Source: Bdellovibrionales bacterium (lineage in GTDB: Archaea > Nanobdellota > Nanobdellia > Woesearchaeales > UBA583). From it: a stretch of 64,000 nucleotides of DNA. Where the stretch lies: contig CAXPJQ010000044.1 of the NCBI GenBank assembly GCA_964217375.1, positions 934 through 64,933 of the forward strand. The letters are read 5' to 3'. The notes under the pieces are model-generated. The model had not been told where the DNA came from and did no database searches. It worked only from the letters and a program-made list of their open reading frames with translations. This document shows positions 36,142 to 45,070 of this stretch, piece after piece; the first letter of the stretch is position 1; each line of letters opens with the position of its first letter. Both the position numbers and the translations under genes were made by a program.

Positions 36142-37869
36142 TTATTTATGTGTGAAAAAAAATTTTTTCATGTTATTTTCTTCTCCTCTATAACATGCAA
36201 ACCCAAACCTCTCAAATTGAATACATTCACCATTTTCAAGGTTTCCAACATTTTCAATTAATCCATTAATTTTTGTATTATCTTGCATAATTACTACTGC
36301 ATCTTGAGTTTTACCTTTAGGGAGAAAGTGAATATTTTTCTTTGCACCAAAATCTTTAGAATAATCTTTTGATACAAAATCAACTTCAAGTAAATCTTGA
36401 CTTTTTTTATTTACAATAAAATTTCCAAAATGCATAAGTCTTAACTTATCTCCTTCTTCAAATACTTCAAAGTCATTATTATCAATTAAATATTCTCCTT
36501 GTATATCAAATTCTCTATTTCCAAAAGATTTATCTTCAGGATGTTTTGGAAGTAATATATTTTTATCAGGGTATGCATCAATTCCATTTATTTTAATAGT
36601 TTTAGGGTTATTTACAAAGAAAAACCTATTTGATTCTTTCTCTAGAATTTGTTTATTAAAAAAATCTAATCCTTTATGATATTCCTGAGATGTAATTCTT
36701 GAATCTCTTTTTGAAATTCCTAATTGTAATATGAATTTTCTAAATGCTTCAGCTTTATATCCTCTATTTTTATATGATAAAATACTTGGAACTCTTGGAT
36801 CTTCCCATCCAGAATATTCTCCACTCTCAATTAATTGAGTTAGTTTTGATTTTGAGAGTTCCACATCTTCAAATTTCATTCTTCCATAATGAAAATAAAT
36901 TGGAGAGTTTAGTCCTAATTTTTTATGTATCATTTTTTGTCTATCTTCCCCAATTTCTAAATCTTTACCTCTAATTACATGTGTTAAACCCATGATAGAA
37001 TCATCTATTGCACAAGCCAGATTATAATTTGGCCACACAAAATGTTTATTCCCAATTCTTGCATGTTGATTTTTATTTATTCTTGCAAGTGGAAATGTTC
37101 TAAGTGCGGGATTTTTATTTTCAAGATCTGCTCTAAATCTTACAACTCCTTCCATCTCACCTTTCATAAATTTTCCAAATAATTCTTTTTGATTTTCATG
37201 AGGCATCTTAGCATGAGGACATTGTTCTTTATTATCTGTTAATACTTTAAAAGTGTCAGAGTCACATTCACAAACATATGCTTGGTTTAATTCAATTAAT
37301 GTTCTTAGATATTTATGGTAAATATCTAATCTATCTGATTGATAATAAATCTCATCAATCCCATTATCAGTTATCCATTTTACATCTTCAATTACTTTAT
37401 CATAATTTGAAATTTCAATATTATCTGGGTTTGTATCTTCAATTCTTAGAATGAATTTACCTCCATATTTTTTTTTATATTCATAGTTTGCAACAATTCC
37501 AAATAAATGTCCTAAATGTAGATATCCAGATGGTGCTGGCGGAAACCTTACAACTACTCCATTATCAACATTATCTAAAACTGGCAATCCATCAGTTTTA
37601 TTTGGTTCTTTTTTTTCTTTTTTCTCTTCAAAAAAGTTTGGATTTAGTTCAATTACTTTTTGTTTTTGTTCCTCAAAACTTAAAGAATTTACTTGTTCAA
37701 CAACTTGATTTAAAGCTTGCATATATTGTCCCATATTTTGTTTCATCTCAGGAAACTTAGGCATACATTTTCCAATTAATGCTTTTGGGTTTGCTTTACC
37801 CTTAAAAGAAACAGCATTCTCTAGTGCTATATTAAAAACAAATTCTTCAAATTCTTGCATATTAGTCAT
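36142..37869 (-). CDS. gltX: glutamyl-tRNA synthetase (archaeal/eukaryal type)
   Basis: VVRFPPAPSGYLHLGHLF (HIGH region), ILRIEDTNP, LSKSKL (KMSKS-like); 575 aa. Confidence 0.9.
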   Translation of the reverse strand: MTNMQEFEEFVFNIALENAVSFKGKANPKALIGKCMPKFPEMKQNMGQYMQALNQVVEQVNSLSFEEQKQKVIELNPNFFEEKKEKKEPNKTDGLPVLDNVDNGVVVRFPPAPSGYLHLGHLFGIVANYEYKKKYGGKFILRIEDTNPDNIEISNYDKVIEDVKWITDNGIDEIYYQSDRLDIYHKYLRTLIELNQAYVCECDSDTFKVLTDNKEQCPHAKMPHENQKELFGKFMKGEMEGVVRFRADLENKNPALRTFPLARINKNQHARIGNKHFVWPNYNLACAIDDSIMGLTHVIRGKDLEIGEDRQKMIHKKLGLNSPIYFHYGRMKFEDVELSKSKLTQLIESGEYSGWEDPRVPSILSYKNRGYKAEAFRKFILQLGISKRDSRITSQEYHKGLDFFNKQILEKESNRFFFVNNPKTIKINGIDAYPDKNILLPKHPEDKSFGNREFDIQGEYLIDNNDFEVFEEGDKLRLMHFGNFIVNKKSQDLLEVDFVSKDYSKDFGAKKNIHFLPKGKTQDAVVIMQDNTKINGLIENVGNLENGECIQFERFGFACYRGEENNMKKFFFTHK

Positions 37870-37891
37870 AATAATTATAAAGGTATATTTA

Positions 37892-37899
37892 TTTATAAA
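37892..37899 (-). promoter_or_regulatory. TATA box (TTTATAAA) for gltX
   Basis: Exact octamer 23-30 nt upstream of the ATG at 37869. Confidence 0.55.
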
Positions 37900-37904
37900 A
37901 TCAA

Positions 37905-38177
37905 CTAATTTAAATCTGCATATTTTCTACATATATACATTAAAGTTCCATCATGAATATTTGGAGTTTTTGGGTTATCATATCTTAAAAATTTAACAGG
38001 GATCTGATTTAAATTTATTTGAAAATTTGGAGGTAAATAATCACCTCTTGATTTAATGCAGTTATCATATTTTTGAGCTTTGAGATAAAAATTATTTTCT
38101 TCTAAATTTTGTATTTTACAACTAGAATTCAGAATTAAATTACATCCAAAGATGATATAGAGTAATTTTTGTTTCAT
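37905..38177 (-). CDS. small Cys-containing predicted lipoprotein
   Basis: MKQKLLYIIFGCNLILNSSCK is a signal peptide plus a lipobox-like motif. Confidence 0.4.
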   Translation of the reverse strand: MKQKLLYIIFGCNLILNSSCKIQNLEENNFYLKAQKYDNCIKSRGDYLPPNFQINLNQIPVKFLRYDNPKTPNIHDGTLMYICRKYADLN

Positions 38178-38226
38178 TACATTTTCAAATTAATTTTTTT
38201 TATATCTTTTTATTGTTACCCTATAA

Positions 38227-38234
38227 TTTATAAA
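38227..38234 (+). promoter_or_regulatory. TATA box (TTTATAAA) for the aIF2-beta operon
   Basis: Exact octamer 22-29 nt upstream of the ATG at 38256. Confidence 0.55.
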
Positions 38235-38255
38235 TATTAAATCATTATATCTAAT

Positions 38256-38669
38256 ATGGATGATACTAAGTATGAACAATTATTAGACCAAGCTTATTCT
38301 GAATTACCTGAAGTTTTATATAAAAAGGCAAGATTTGTAGTTCCTGAAGTTAAAGGTAGATTAATTAAAACTAGAACTCAAATTTCAAATTTCGGGGAAA
38401 TTGCAAAACATTTAGCAAGAGATCAAGATCACTTTTTCAAATATATGTTAAAATTTGTAGGAGTTAGAGGAGATTTAAATGAACAAAGAGGAGAAGTTAT
38501 TCTTCACTCTAGATTTCAGCCAGCAATTTTAAATAAAGGAGTTTCTAAATATTTTAAAGAATATGTTGAATGTTCTCACTGTACTTCCCCTGATACTGTT
38601 TTAATTGAACAAAATGGTTTAAAAAAATGTAATGCTTGTGGTCATCAAGAAAAAGTTGCTAGATTATAA
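38256..38669 (+). CDS. translation initiation factor aIF2 beta subunit
   Basis: 137 aa with YEQLLDQAYSELPE start and C-terminal zinc ribbon CSHCTSPDT...CNACGH. Confidence 0.88.
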   Translation: MDDTKYEQLLDQAYSELPEVLYKKARFVVPEVKGRLIKTRTQISNFGEIAKHLARDQDHFFKYMLKFVGVRGDLNEQRGEVILHSRFQPAILNKGVSKYFKEYVECSHCTSPDTVLIEQNGLKKCNACGHQEKVARL

Positions 38670-38671
38670 AA

Positions 38672-38968
38672 GTGGAAATTCAAAGAGAAATTACTGATGC
38701 AAAATTAGAAAAATATTTTGATGTAACAGGAAGAGCTCTTAAAAAATTAAAACTTGTATCTCCTAGTAAAACTCACTTTGATACAATTGCAAAAGACTAC
38801 TTAAACATGGCTCAATCTTATTTTAATGATGCAAAACATTTCAAAGACTCAGGAGATTACATAAATGCATTTGCTGCTCTAAATTATTCTCATGGTTGGC
38901 TTGATGCAGGTGCAAGAATAGGATTATGGGATGTTGATCACGATTCAGTTCTTTTTACTGTTGATTAA
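38672..38968 (+). CDS. DUF357-family protein
   Basis: YFNDAKHFKDSGDYINAFAALNYSHGWLDAGARIGL matches the DUF357 YxxGWLDAG core. GTG start 2 nt after the aIF2-beta stop. Confidence 0.5.
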   Translation: MEIQREITDAKLEKYFDVTGRALKKLKLVSPSKTHFDTIAKDYLNMAQSYFNDAKHFKDSGDYINAFAALNYSHGWLDAGARIGLWDVDHDSVLFTVD

Positions 38969-40392
38969 TTCATCATATTAAATTCTCTTAATTTTGAGTT
39001 ATCTACATATTTTTTTTGAATTAGTTCCCTTCCAATTAAGAGTTGATTCATTTTTTCTCTTCTTTGTTCATAACTTAATTCTAAAAGTGTTTCTCCATTT
39101 AGATACATAATATCAAAGGTTCTTAAAGCTACATTAATATGTTTTACTTCATTAAAATCTTTAGTCATAATCCTTCTTGATAATTGTTGAAATGGAAGAA
39201 ATTCTTTACTCTCAAAGTTATATCCAACACATTCAGAGTCAATTACAAAGCTAAGATCTGAAAAATTCTTTTTAATATATTCAACTACTTCAGGAAACTG
39301 TTTTGTGATATTATCTAAATTTCTTGAAAATAGAGTTATTTCTCCTTTATTATTATGTATTTGAACTCTAAGTCCATCATATTTATAATCAATAAAAGAA
39401 GGTTTTCCTGTAAAATTAAAAGCTTCATCAACAGAATTTGCTCTTGATCCAAGCATTGATCTTAGTGCAACTCCTAATACAATTTCAACATTTAATAATT
39501 TATTTTTATCTTGGTTAATTCTTTCAAATAATATTTTAAAATCATTAACAACATTATAATTTTTTTCAATTATTTTAATAAATTCATTATAATATTCTCT
39601 TCCTTTTTCAGTTATAATTACTTGGTTTTTTTTTGAATGTCTAATAATATATTTTACTTCCTCATCAAATTCTCTCCCTTTAACAAAATTATTTAGCCCC
39701 ACTACTTCTTTTGGCGTTTTCATATCAAAGTTTTCAATTGAGAATTCATTATCTTTTAGATTTATTTCTTCTTGACAATTAACACATTTTTTATTTGCTA
39801 AGTTAATAAATTTACAATTTTTACATTCATAATTTATTCCTTCAATATATGGAAAAATATAATTTACTACACTCTCTTTCAAAACACCCTCAGACACACC
39901 AACTCTTAAATCATCTATTAATAGTCTAGCTAAGAATTTATATTCGCACTCACTTTTTGCGCTTAGAAATAAATTTGAGAGTATTTCTTTTTTTATTTTA
40001 TTTGAATTTGTTCCAGTTTTTTTTGAAATTTTTTCATATGCATTTAAGATTTCATTTAATGTCAAATCATTTCCAAATAAAGATTTTTGTTTACTCTCTG
40101 TGAGTATTTGTTTTGCAATTTCACCTACATCTCCAATTTTTGAAAACATTTTTTCAATTTCCTTTTGAGTTTTTTTAGAAACAAAAGCTAATACATCAAA
40201 AATAGTTTTAATTGAAATTCCAAGTGTTTTTTTATTTGTTCTTCTTTGAAAATTTCCAGAGATTATATCAAAAATAATAATTGAGTTCTTTTCATCTTTT
40301 TCAAGTAAATCTCTTAGAATAACTATTTTTTCTAATCTTTTTGAAGTACTTTCTAATCTCTCAAATATTTGAGCAATCTCTAAAAATTTCAT
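38965..40392 (-). CDS. lig: ATP-dependent DNA ligase, C-terminally truncated (DNA-binding domain + motifs I-IIIa only) with a Zn-ribbon insertion
   Basis: N-terminal IAQIFERLESTSKRLEKI. Motif I IDYKYDGLRVQIH (K337), motif III VIDSECVGY, motif IIIa RTFDIMYLNGE. It stops about 45 aa later, before motifs IV-VI and the OB domain. CKNC..CVNC insertion at aa 190-206. Confidence 0.7.
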   Translation of the reverse strand: MKFLEIAQIFERLESTSKRLEKIVILRDLLEKDEKNSIIIFDIISGNFQRRTNKKTLGISIKTIFDVLAFVSKKTQKEIEKMFSKIGDVGEIAKQILTESKQKSLFGNDLTLNEILNAYEKISKKTGTNSNKIKKEILSNLFLSAKSECEYKFLARLLIDDLRVGVSEGVLKESVVNYIFPYIEGINYECKNCKFINLANKKCVNCQEEINLKDNEFSIENFDMKTPKEVVGLNNFVKGREFDEEVKYIIRHSKKNQVIITEKGREYYNEFIKIIEKNYNVVNDFKILFERINQDKNKLLNVEIVLGVALRSMLGSRANSVDEAFNFTGKPSFIDYKYDGLRVQIHNNKGEITLFSRNLDNITKQFPEVVEYIKKNFSDLSFVIDSECVGYNFESKEFLPFQQLSRRIMTKDFNEVKHINVALRTFDIMYLNGETLLELSYEQRREKMNQLLIGRELIQKKYVDNSKLREFNMMN

Positions 40393-40417
40393 TTATATTA
40401 AATTTACATATTAATTA

Positions 40418-40425
40418 TTTATAAA
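40418..40425 (-). promoter_or_regulatory. TATA box (TTTATAAA) for the ligase gene
   Basis: Exact octamer 26-33 nt upstream of the ATG at 40392. Confidence 0.55.
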
Positions 40426-40465
40426 TTTGAGGATTTTTTAACTTATACTGAAATTACAACAAATA

Positions 40466-40473
40466 TTTATAAA
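40466..40473 (+). promoter_or_regulatory. TATA box (TTTATAAA) for 40495..40848
   Basis: Exact octamer 22-29 nt upstream of the ATG at 40495. Confidence 0.55.
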
Positions 40474-40494
40474 TCATATTATCTAGAATTTGTT

Positions 40495-40848
40495 ATGCCA
40501 CATCAATGTTTAGGTTGTGATAAAATTTACGATAATACTTCTGAAGCTATTTTAAAGGGATGTCCTGCTTGTGGAAGAAAAGCATTTTTATATTTAAAAT
40601 CACTACCATCTAAATCTGAGGAAATTGAATTGACTAAAGAGTCAAAAGATATAATTCTTAAAGAATTAGAAGAAGTTGTTGATTTAGATAAAACAGACAT
40701 GCCAATTATTTTAAAACTTGAAAATATTAGAATCATATCTCCAGGCAAATATGAACTTGATATTAACCAGTTAATGAAAAAGGAAAAACCAATTATTTAC
40801 AAAGTTCAGGAAGGAACTTATGTAATTGATATAACTTCAATTAAATAA
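40495..40848 (+). CDS. small Zn-ribbon protein (archaeal DUF2072-like, tentative)
   Basis: MPHQCLGCDKIY...CPACGRKAFLY is an N-terminal CxxC..CxxC ribbon. Confidence 0.4.
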   Translation: MPHQCLGCDKIYDNTSEAILKGCPACGRKAFLYLKSLPSKSEEIELTKESKDIILKELEEVVDLDKTDMPIILKLENIRIISPGKYELDINQLMKKEKPIIYKVQEGTYVIDITSIK

Positions 40849-40851
40849 AAA

Positions 40852-41478
40852 ATGAATAAAAAAGATACCTCTCTTAATGAAAAACTTGACAAGATTTTAA
40901 TTAATCAGGAAAAAATTTTAGAAAATGAATCTAAAATTTTAGGGGAAGAACTTAAAATTGAAGAGATGGAAACAAAAGATTTAGAAGGTGATGAAAAAAC
41001 TATTCAAAATGAAGAAGAAGCATTAAAGGAACTTGCAAAGCTTGAGAAAAGTATAAAATCCTCAATTTCATCCCCTCTTAAGAAGATGACTTATCAAGAC
41101 TTATTAAAAGGTTTTATTGGTGCTTTTATTGGAGTTATGGGACATTTTGCATTTGCAAAAGCTGCAGATCTAGTTCCCTATATTGATCCAATTAGATCTG
41201 CTTTAATGTATGTTATTGCATTAATTATCATTGTTGGAATGTTATATTTTACTGGTTTTAGAAAAATTGAAAAACAAGTTGTAATGAAATTTATTCCTCT
41301 ACGTGCTACATCTTTATTTTTAGTTTCAATTTTTACAATTATTTTAGTAAATGTTTTATTTAATAAGATCCATTATCCCTTTTCATTTTCTGAGATATAC
41401 TCAATTGTTGCAGTAAATATTATTTTAGCTTCAATGGGGGCAACTACTGCTGATTTAATTGGTAGGGTGGAGGCTTAA
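40852..41478 (+). CDS. membrane protein with N-terminal coiled-coil
   Basis: Charged N-terminal 80 aa followed by four hydrophobic helices. 3 nt after the previous stop. Confidence 0.45.
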   Translation: MNKKDTSLNEKLDKILINQEKILENESKILGEELKIEEMETKDLEGDEKTIQNEEEALKELAKLEKSIKSSISSPLKKMTYQDLLKGFIGAFIGVMGHFAFAKAADLVPYIDPIRSALMYVIALIIIVGMLYFTGFRKIEKQVVMKFIPLRATSLFLVSIFTIILVNVLFNKIHYPFSFSEIYSIVAVNIILASMGATTADLIGRVEA

Positions 41479-41479
41479 A

Positions 41480-41866
41480 ATGGGAGTTTTATCATTTTTT
41501 GGAAGAAAGAAACCTCAAACAAAAGAAGAAAAAATCCTCTCAATTCTACGTAAGTTAAGAGAACTTTTAACTGTAATTAAAGCAAATTTTCCAACTGAAG
41601 ATAAAATTCCTGAAGAATTATTTTCAAAAGTATTAGAAGATGTTAAAGAATATAATTCTTATTTAAGAACTGCAAGTACTCTTCTTTTTAGATTAGATAA
41701 AAACTTAGGAAATAAATTAAAGGACTTTTATATCCCTGAAACTACTGCAAATTTAATTATTTCTCAAAAATCACCACATTCAACTTTTGAAAAAACAGTT
41801 ACAGCACATCAGAAATTAGATAATTTAATTCAAGAAGAAAAAATAATTTTCTCTATGGCTGCTTAA
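41480..41866 (+). CDS. hypothetical helical protein
   Basis: The track ORF starts at an overlapping TTG (41459). The ATG at 41480 (MGVLSFFGRKKP...) lies 1 nt after the upstream stop and is the likelier start. Confidence 0.45.
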   Translation: MGVLSFFGRKKPQTKEEKILSILRKLRELLTVIKANFPTEDKIPEELFSKVLEDVKEYNSYLRTASTLLFRLDKNLGNKLKDFYIPETTANLIISQKSPHSTFEKTVTAHQKLDNLIQEEKIIFSMAA

Positions 41867-41892
41867 GTATTAAATATTGAGTTTCATTTAGA

Positions 41893-41900
41893 TTTTTTTT
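41893..41900 (+). terminator. oligo-T tract after 41480..41866
   Basis: T8 run 27 nt after the stop codon. Confidence 0.35.
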
Positions 41901-41962
41901 AACTTTTATTAAATAATTTCTTTTTTCTATGTTACTCTTTTCTAGTTGGTAAAAGGCAAAGT

Positions 41963-41970
41963 TTTATAAA
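41963..41970 (+). promoter_or_regulatory. TATA box (TTTATAAA) for the RPA gene
   Basis: Exact octamer 25-32 nt upstream of the ATG at 41995 but only 7 nt from the TTG start used by the track. Confidence 0.55.
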
Positions 41971-41994
41971 AATAATTTGCAGAAATTAATTAGG

Positions 41995-43104
41995 ATGTCT
42001 GAAAAAGAAAAATTATTAGAAAACTTAGTAGCTAAATCTAAAAAATCAAAAGATGAGATTGAAAGATTAGTTTCTGAAAAAGTTAATGAACTCTCAGGTT
42101 TAGTTAGTGAAGAGGGAGCAATTTATATTGTAGCTAATGAACTTGAAGTTAAATTAGATTCTGATAAACCAAAAAAAAGTGCTGACCTTCATAAAATTGA
42201 AGAAATTACTGAACCTAAAACTCCTACTTCTTTGTTATGTAAAGTTATTAGAAAATATGATAAAGTTACATTCTCTTCAAGCTCAGGAGGAGAAGGTTCC
42301 GTTCAATCAACTTTAGTTGGAGATGAAACTGGTATTATTAGAATTGTTTTTTGGAATGATCAAACTCAGACTTTAGATCAAGTTCAAGAAGGAGACATAT
42401 TAAAAATTCTTAATGCATATACTAGAGAAAATACGAACTCTAATAGAATTGAGATTCACTATGGGCAATACTCAGAAATTCAAGTTAATCCTGAAGGGGA
42501 AACAATTGAATTAAAAGAATATACAGGGTCAATTGATTTTACTTCAAAGAAAATTTCAGAGCTTGAAGAGGGAGATAGAAATGTTGAACTAGATGTAACT
42601 ATTGCTGATGTTGATATTCCTAGATTTTATCTTGGTTGTCCTCAATGTTTCAAAAAAGTTTTTCAAGATGAAGATTCTCAAAAATGTCCAGAGCATGAAG
42701 AAGTTGAAGCAATTAAAGTTCCAATTTTAAATTTCATTGTAGATGATGGGACTGGTTCTTTAGCAATTGTAGCATTTAGAGATAGAGCAGAAGAATTATC
42801 TTCTAAACCCTCAAAAGAAATTATTGAATTAACTGAAGATGTTGATAAATATAAATTATTTTCTAAGCAAGCAATAGGAGCACATGCAATTTTAAGAGGA
42901 AATGTTTCCTCAAATAATATGACTGGAGAACTTCAATTATTAGTTAATCAAATTGGAGAGGTTAAATTAAATGAAGTTGATGAATCAACACTATCTTCAA
43001 CTCAATCTCAACCAAAATCTGAAGATGTAAGTGTTGAAACTCATGACTTAGAAGATGACGATTTAGAAATTGAAGAAATCGACATTGATGACGATTTACT
43101 TTAA
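41995..43104 (+). CDS. rpa: replication protein A (single-stranded DNA-binding, OB folds + zinc finger)
   Basis: OB-fold-like repeats, CPQCFKKV...CPEHEE zinc motif, acidic C-terminal tail DDDLEIEEIDIDDDLL. Start moved to the ATG at 41995 (MSEKEKLL...). Confidence 0.75.
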   Translation: MSEKEKLLENLVAKSKKSKDEIERLVSEKVNELSGLVSEEGAIYIVANELEVKLDSDKPKKSADLHKIEEITEPKTPTSLLCKVIRKYDKVTFSSSSGGEGSVQSTLVGDETGIIRIVFWNDQTQTLDQVQEGDILKILNAYTRENTNSNRIEIHYGQYSEIQVNPEGETIELKEYTGSIDFTSKKISELEEGDRNVELDVTIADVDIPRFYLGCPQCFKKVFQDEDSQKCPEHEEVEAIKVPILNFIVDDGTGSLAIVAFRDRAEELSSKPSKEIIELTEDVDKYKLFSKQAIGAHAILRGNVSSNNMTGELQLLVNQIGEVKLNEVDESTLSSTQSQPKSEDVSVETHDLEDDDLEIEEIDIDDDLL

Positions 43105-43177
43105 TTAATTTTTTTCTACATTTTTGATTTCTCAAAACCTTAAAATTTAATATATTTTTCCAAGTTTGAGAAAAATA

Positions 43178-43185
43178 TTTATAAA
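43178..43185 (+). promoter_or_regulatory. TATA box (TTTATAAA) for dnaJ
   Basis: Exact octamer 31-38 nt upstream of the ATG at 43216. It is directly abutted by the TTTGAGAAA arm of an inverted repeat. Confidence 0.5.
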
Positions 43186-43215
43186 TAATTAAGTTTTACT
43201 ATATTCTAGATAAAT

Positions 43216-44334
43216 ATGGCAAAAGATTATTATGAAATTTTAGGAGTAGAGAAAGGTGCTTCAAAAGAAGAAATTAAAAAAGCCTATAAAAAAATGGCTA
43301 GAAAATATCATCCTGATGTTTCAAAAGAAGATAACGCTGAGGTTAAGTTTAAAGAAGTAAATGAAGCAGCTGGAGTTCTTCTTGATGATCAAAAAAGACA
43401 ACAGTATGATACTTATGGTTCAGCTGATGGTCCTCAAGGTTTTGGAGGCTTTGGAGGAGGTGGAGGTGGTTTCAATCCTCAAGATTTTGGAATTAACATT
43501 GATGATATCTTTGAACAATTTGGTTTTGGAGGTTTTGGGGGAAGAGGTAGATCTCGAGGACCTGAACAAAAAGATACAAGAGTTTATGCTCAAACAAATA
43601 TTTCACTTGAAGAGGTATACTTTGGAGTTGAAAAAGAAATCTCATTAAATAGGGATGAGAAATGTGATACTTGTGATGGAAAGGGATCTAAAAACCCTCA
43701 AGATGTTAAAACTTGTTCAACTTGTCAAGGTTCAGGTGTTGTAATTGAGACTCAGAGATCAATTTTAGGTTCAATTAGAACTCAGAGAACTTGTTCAACT
43801 TGTCACGGTAGTGGGAAAGAAATTTCAAATCCTTGTTCAACTTGTCATGGTAGTGGTTCTAAATCTAAATCCTCAAAAGTTACAATTAAAATTCCTAAAG
43901 GAATCGAATCTGGTGTTACTCTAAGAGTTCAAGGTAAAGGATCTTATGATAACTTAACACAAAGTTATGGGGATTTATATCTTAAAATTTTTGTTGAAAA
44001 TGATAAAAGTTATGATGTAGATGGGGCAGATTTATATAAAAAATTAGATATTAATTTTGTTCAAGCAATCCTTGGAGATGAAATTGAATTTAAACATTTT
44101 GATAAAACTCTAAGTGTAAAAATCCCTGCTGGAACTCAGCCCGGATCAATTTTAAGATTAAAAGAAAAAGGTCTTCCATATTTTAATTATGATTCCAAAG
44201 GAGATTTATATATTAAAATAAATGTTGAAATCCCAACAAAAACAACTCAAAAGCAAAAAGAGATTTTACATGACTATGCTAAAACTCTTAAGGATAAAGG
44301 TTTAATGGATAGATTAAAAGGTTTATTTAAGTAA
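43216..44334 (+). CDS. dnaJ: co-chaperone DnaJ (type I)
   Basis: J-domain with KYHPD, a G/F-rich region, and four CxxCxGxG repeats ([24 protein letters not shown] x2). Confidence 0.95.
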   Translation: MAKDYYEILGVEKGASKEEIKKAYKKMARKYHPDVSKEDNAEVKFKEVNEAAGVLLDDQKRQQYDTYGSADGPQGFGGFGGGGGGFNPQDFGINIDDIFEQFGFGGFGGRGRSRGPEQKDTRVYAQTNISLEEVYFGVEKEISLNRDEKCDTCDGKGSKNPQDVKTCSTCQGSGVVIETQRSILGSIRTQRTCSTCHGSGKEISNPCSTCHGSGSKSKSSKVTIKIPKGIESGVTLRVQGKGSYDNLTQSYGDLYLKIFVENDKSYDVDGADLYKKLDINFVQAILGDEIEFKHFDKTLSVKIPAGTQPGSILRLKEKGLPYFNYDSKGDLYIKINVEIPTKTTQKQKEILHDYAKTLKDKGLMDRLKGLFK

Positions 44335-44335
44335 A

Positions 44336-44737
44336 ATGAATAATAAATTACTCACTAAATATGAAAATCAAATTAGAAGTGCACTTCCTATTTATTCCAG
44401 GGAGATTGTTGAAGCATTTAAATCAGGTAAAGTTAATATTAACTCAAAATCCGATTTGAATGTTTTTTTATCTAATTATTATCTATTAGAACCAATTGGA
44501 GGACATAATGCTAATCAACTTTCTAATGGTTTAGTTGAAATGGCACAGTATTTTGAATTACATGAGGAAAGTTTAGCTTTTAGTTATAAATTATATCAAA
44601 AGGCTCAAGAGGCTACAGATTTTTTATTGTGGGACCCTGCTATTAAAAAACCTAAAACGAGAAAAAAACTCGAGGATAGTTTTAATTATATTCAAAAAAA
44701 GATTTCTGATTTAGAAAAAGTTATTTATATAAATTAA
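44336..44737 (+). CDS. hypothetical protein co-transcribed with dnaJ
   Basis: 133-aa ORF starting 1 nt after the dnaJ stop. Confidence 0.5.
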   Translation: MNNKLLTKYENQIRSALPIYSREIVEAFKSGKVNINSKSDLNVFLSNYYLLEPIGGHNANQLSNGLVEMAQYFELHEESLAFSYKLYQKAQEATDFLLWDPAIKKPKTRKKLEDSFNYIQKKISDLEKVIYIN

Positions 44738-44758
44738 TTCATATTACTATTTTTTAAG

Positions 44759-45067
44759 ATGTCAGAAGATAACAAAACTCCAGAAGTAATTTTTAACACA
44801 CACAAATTTATTTATTCTTTATTTCATGAAGGAAAAATTCAAGGTCATATTATTGAATATGAAAATAGAGATGGTAATTTGGAGAAAGGGGAAATTGATT
44901 CAATTGAAATTGGTCCATCTCCAATTTCAGCTAGATTTCATTTTGTTGAGGGTAAAAAGGTTTCAATTCCTTTTTTTAGAATTAAAAAAGTATTTTTTCA
45001 AGGTGAACTAGTTTGGGATATGAGTGATGAAAAAACTACTAATTCTAAAGTAATTAAAGGATTTTAA
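44759..45067 (+). CDS. DUF504/UPF0248-like small protein (tentative)
   Basis: IIEYENRDG...SIPFFRIKKVFFQGELVWD resembles the i.Y.dR...IP.HRI..i...g..vW pattern of UPF0248. Confidence 0.4.
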   Translation: MSEDNKTPEVIFNTHKFIYSLFHEGKIQGHIIEYENRDGNLEKGEIDSIEIGPSPISARFHFVEGKKVSIPFFRIKKVFFQGELVWDMSDEKTTNSKVIKGF

Positions 45068-45070
45068 TTT

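Noticed and set aside
41480-41866. ESCRT-III/CdvB-like protein, suggested by the MGVLSFFGRKKPQTKEE N-terminus
   Set aside because: At 129 aa it is too short for the ESCRT-III helical hairpin core. The heptad pattern breaks after ~45 aa (FPTEDKIPEE). The resemblance is limited to a short basic N-terminus.
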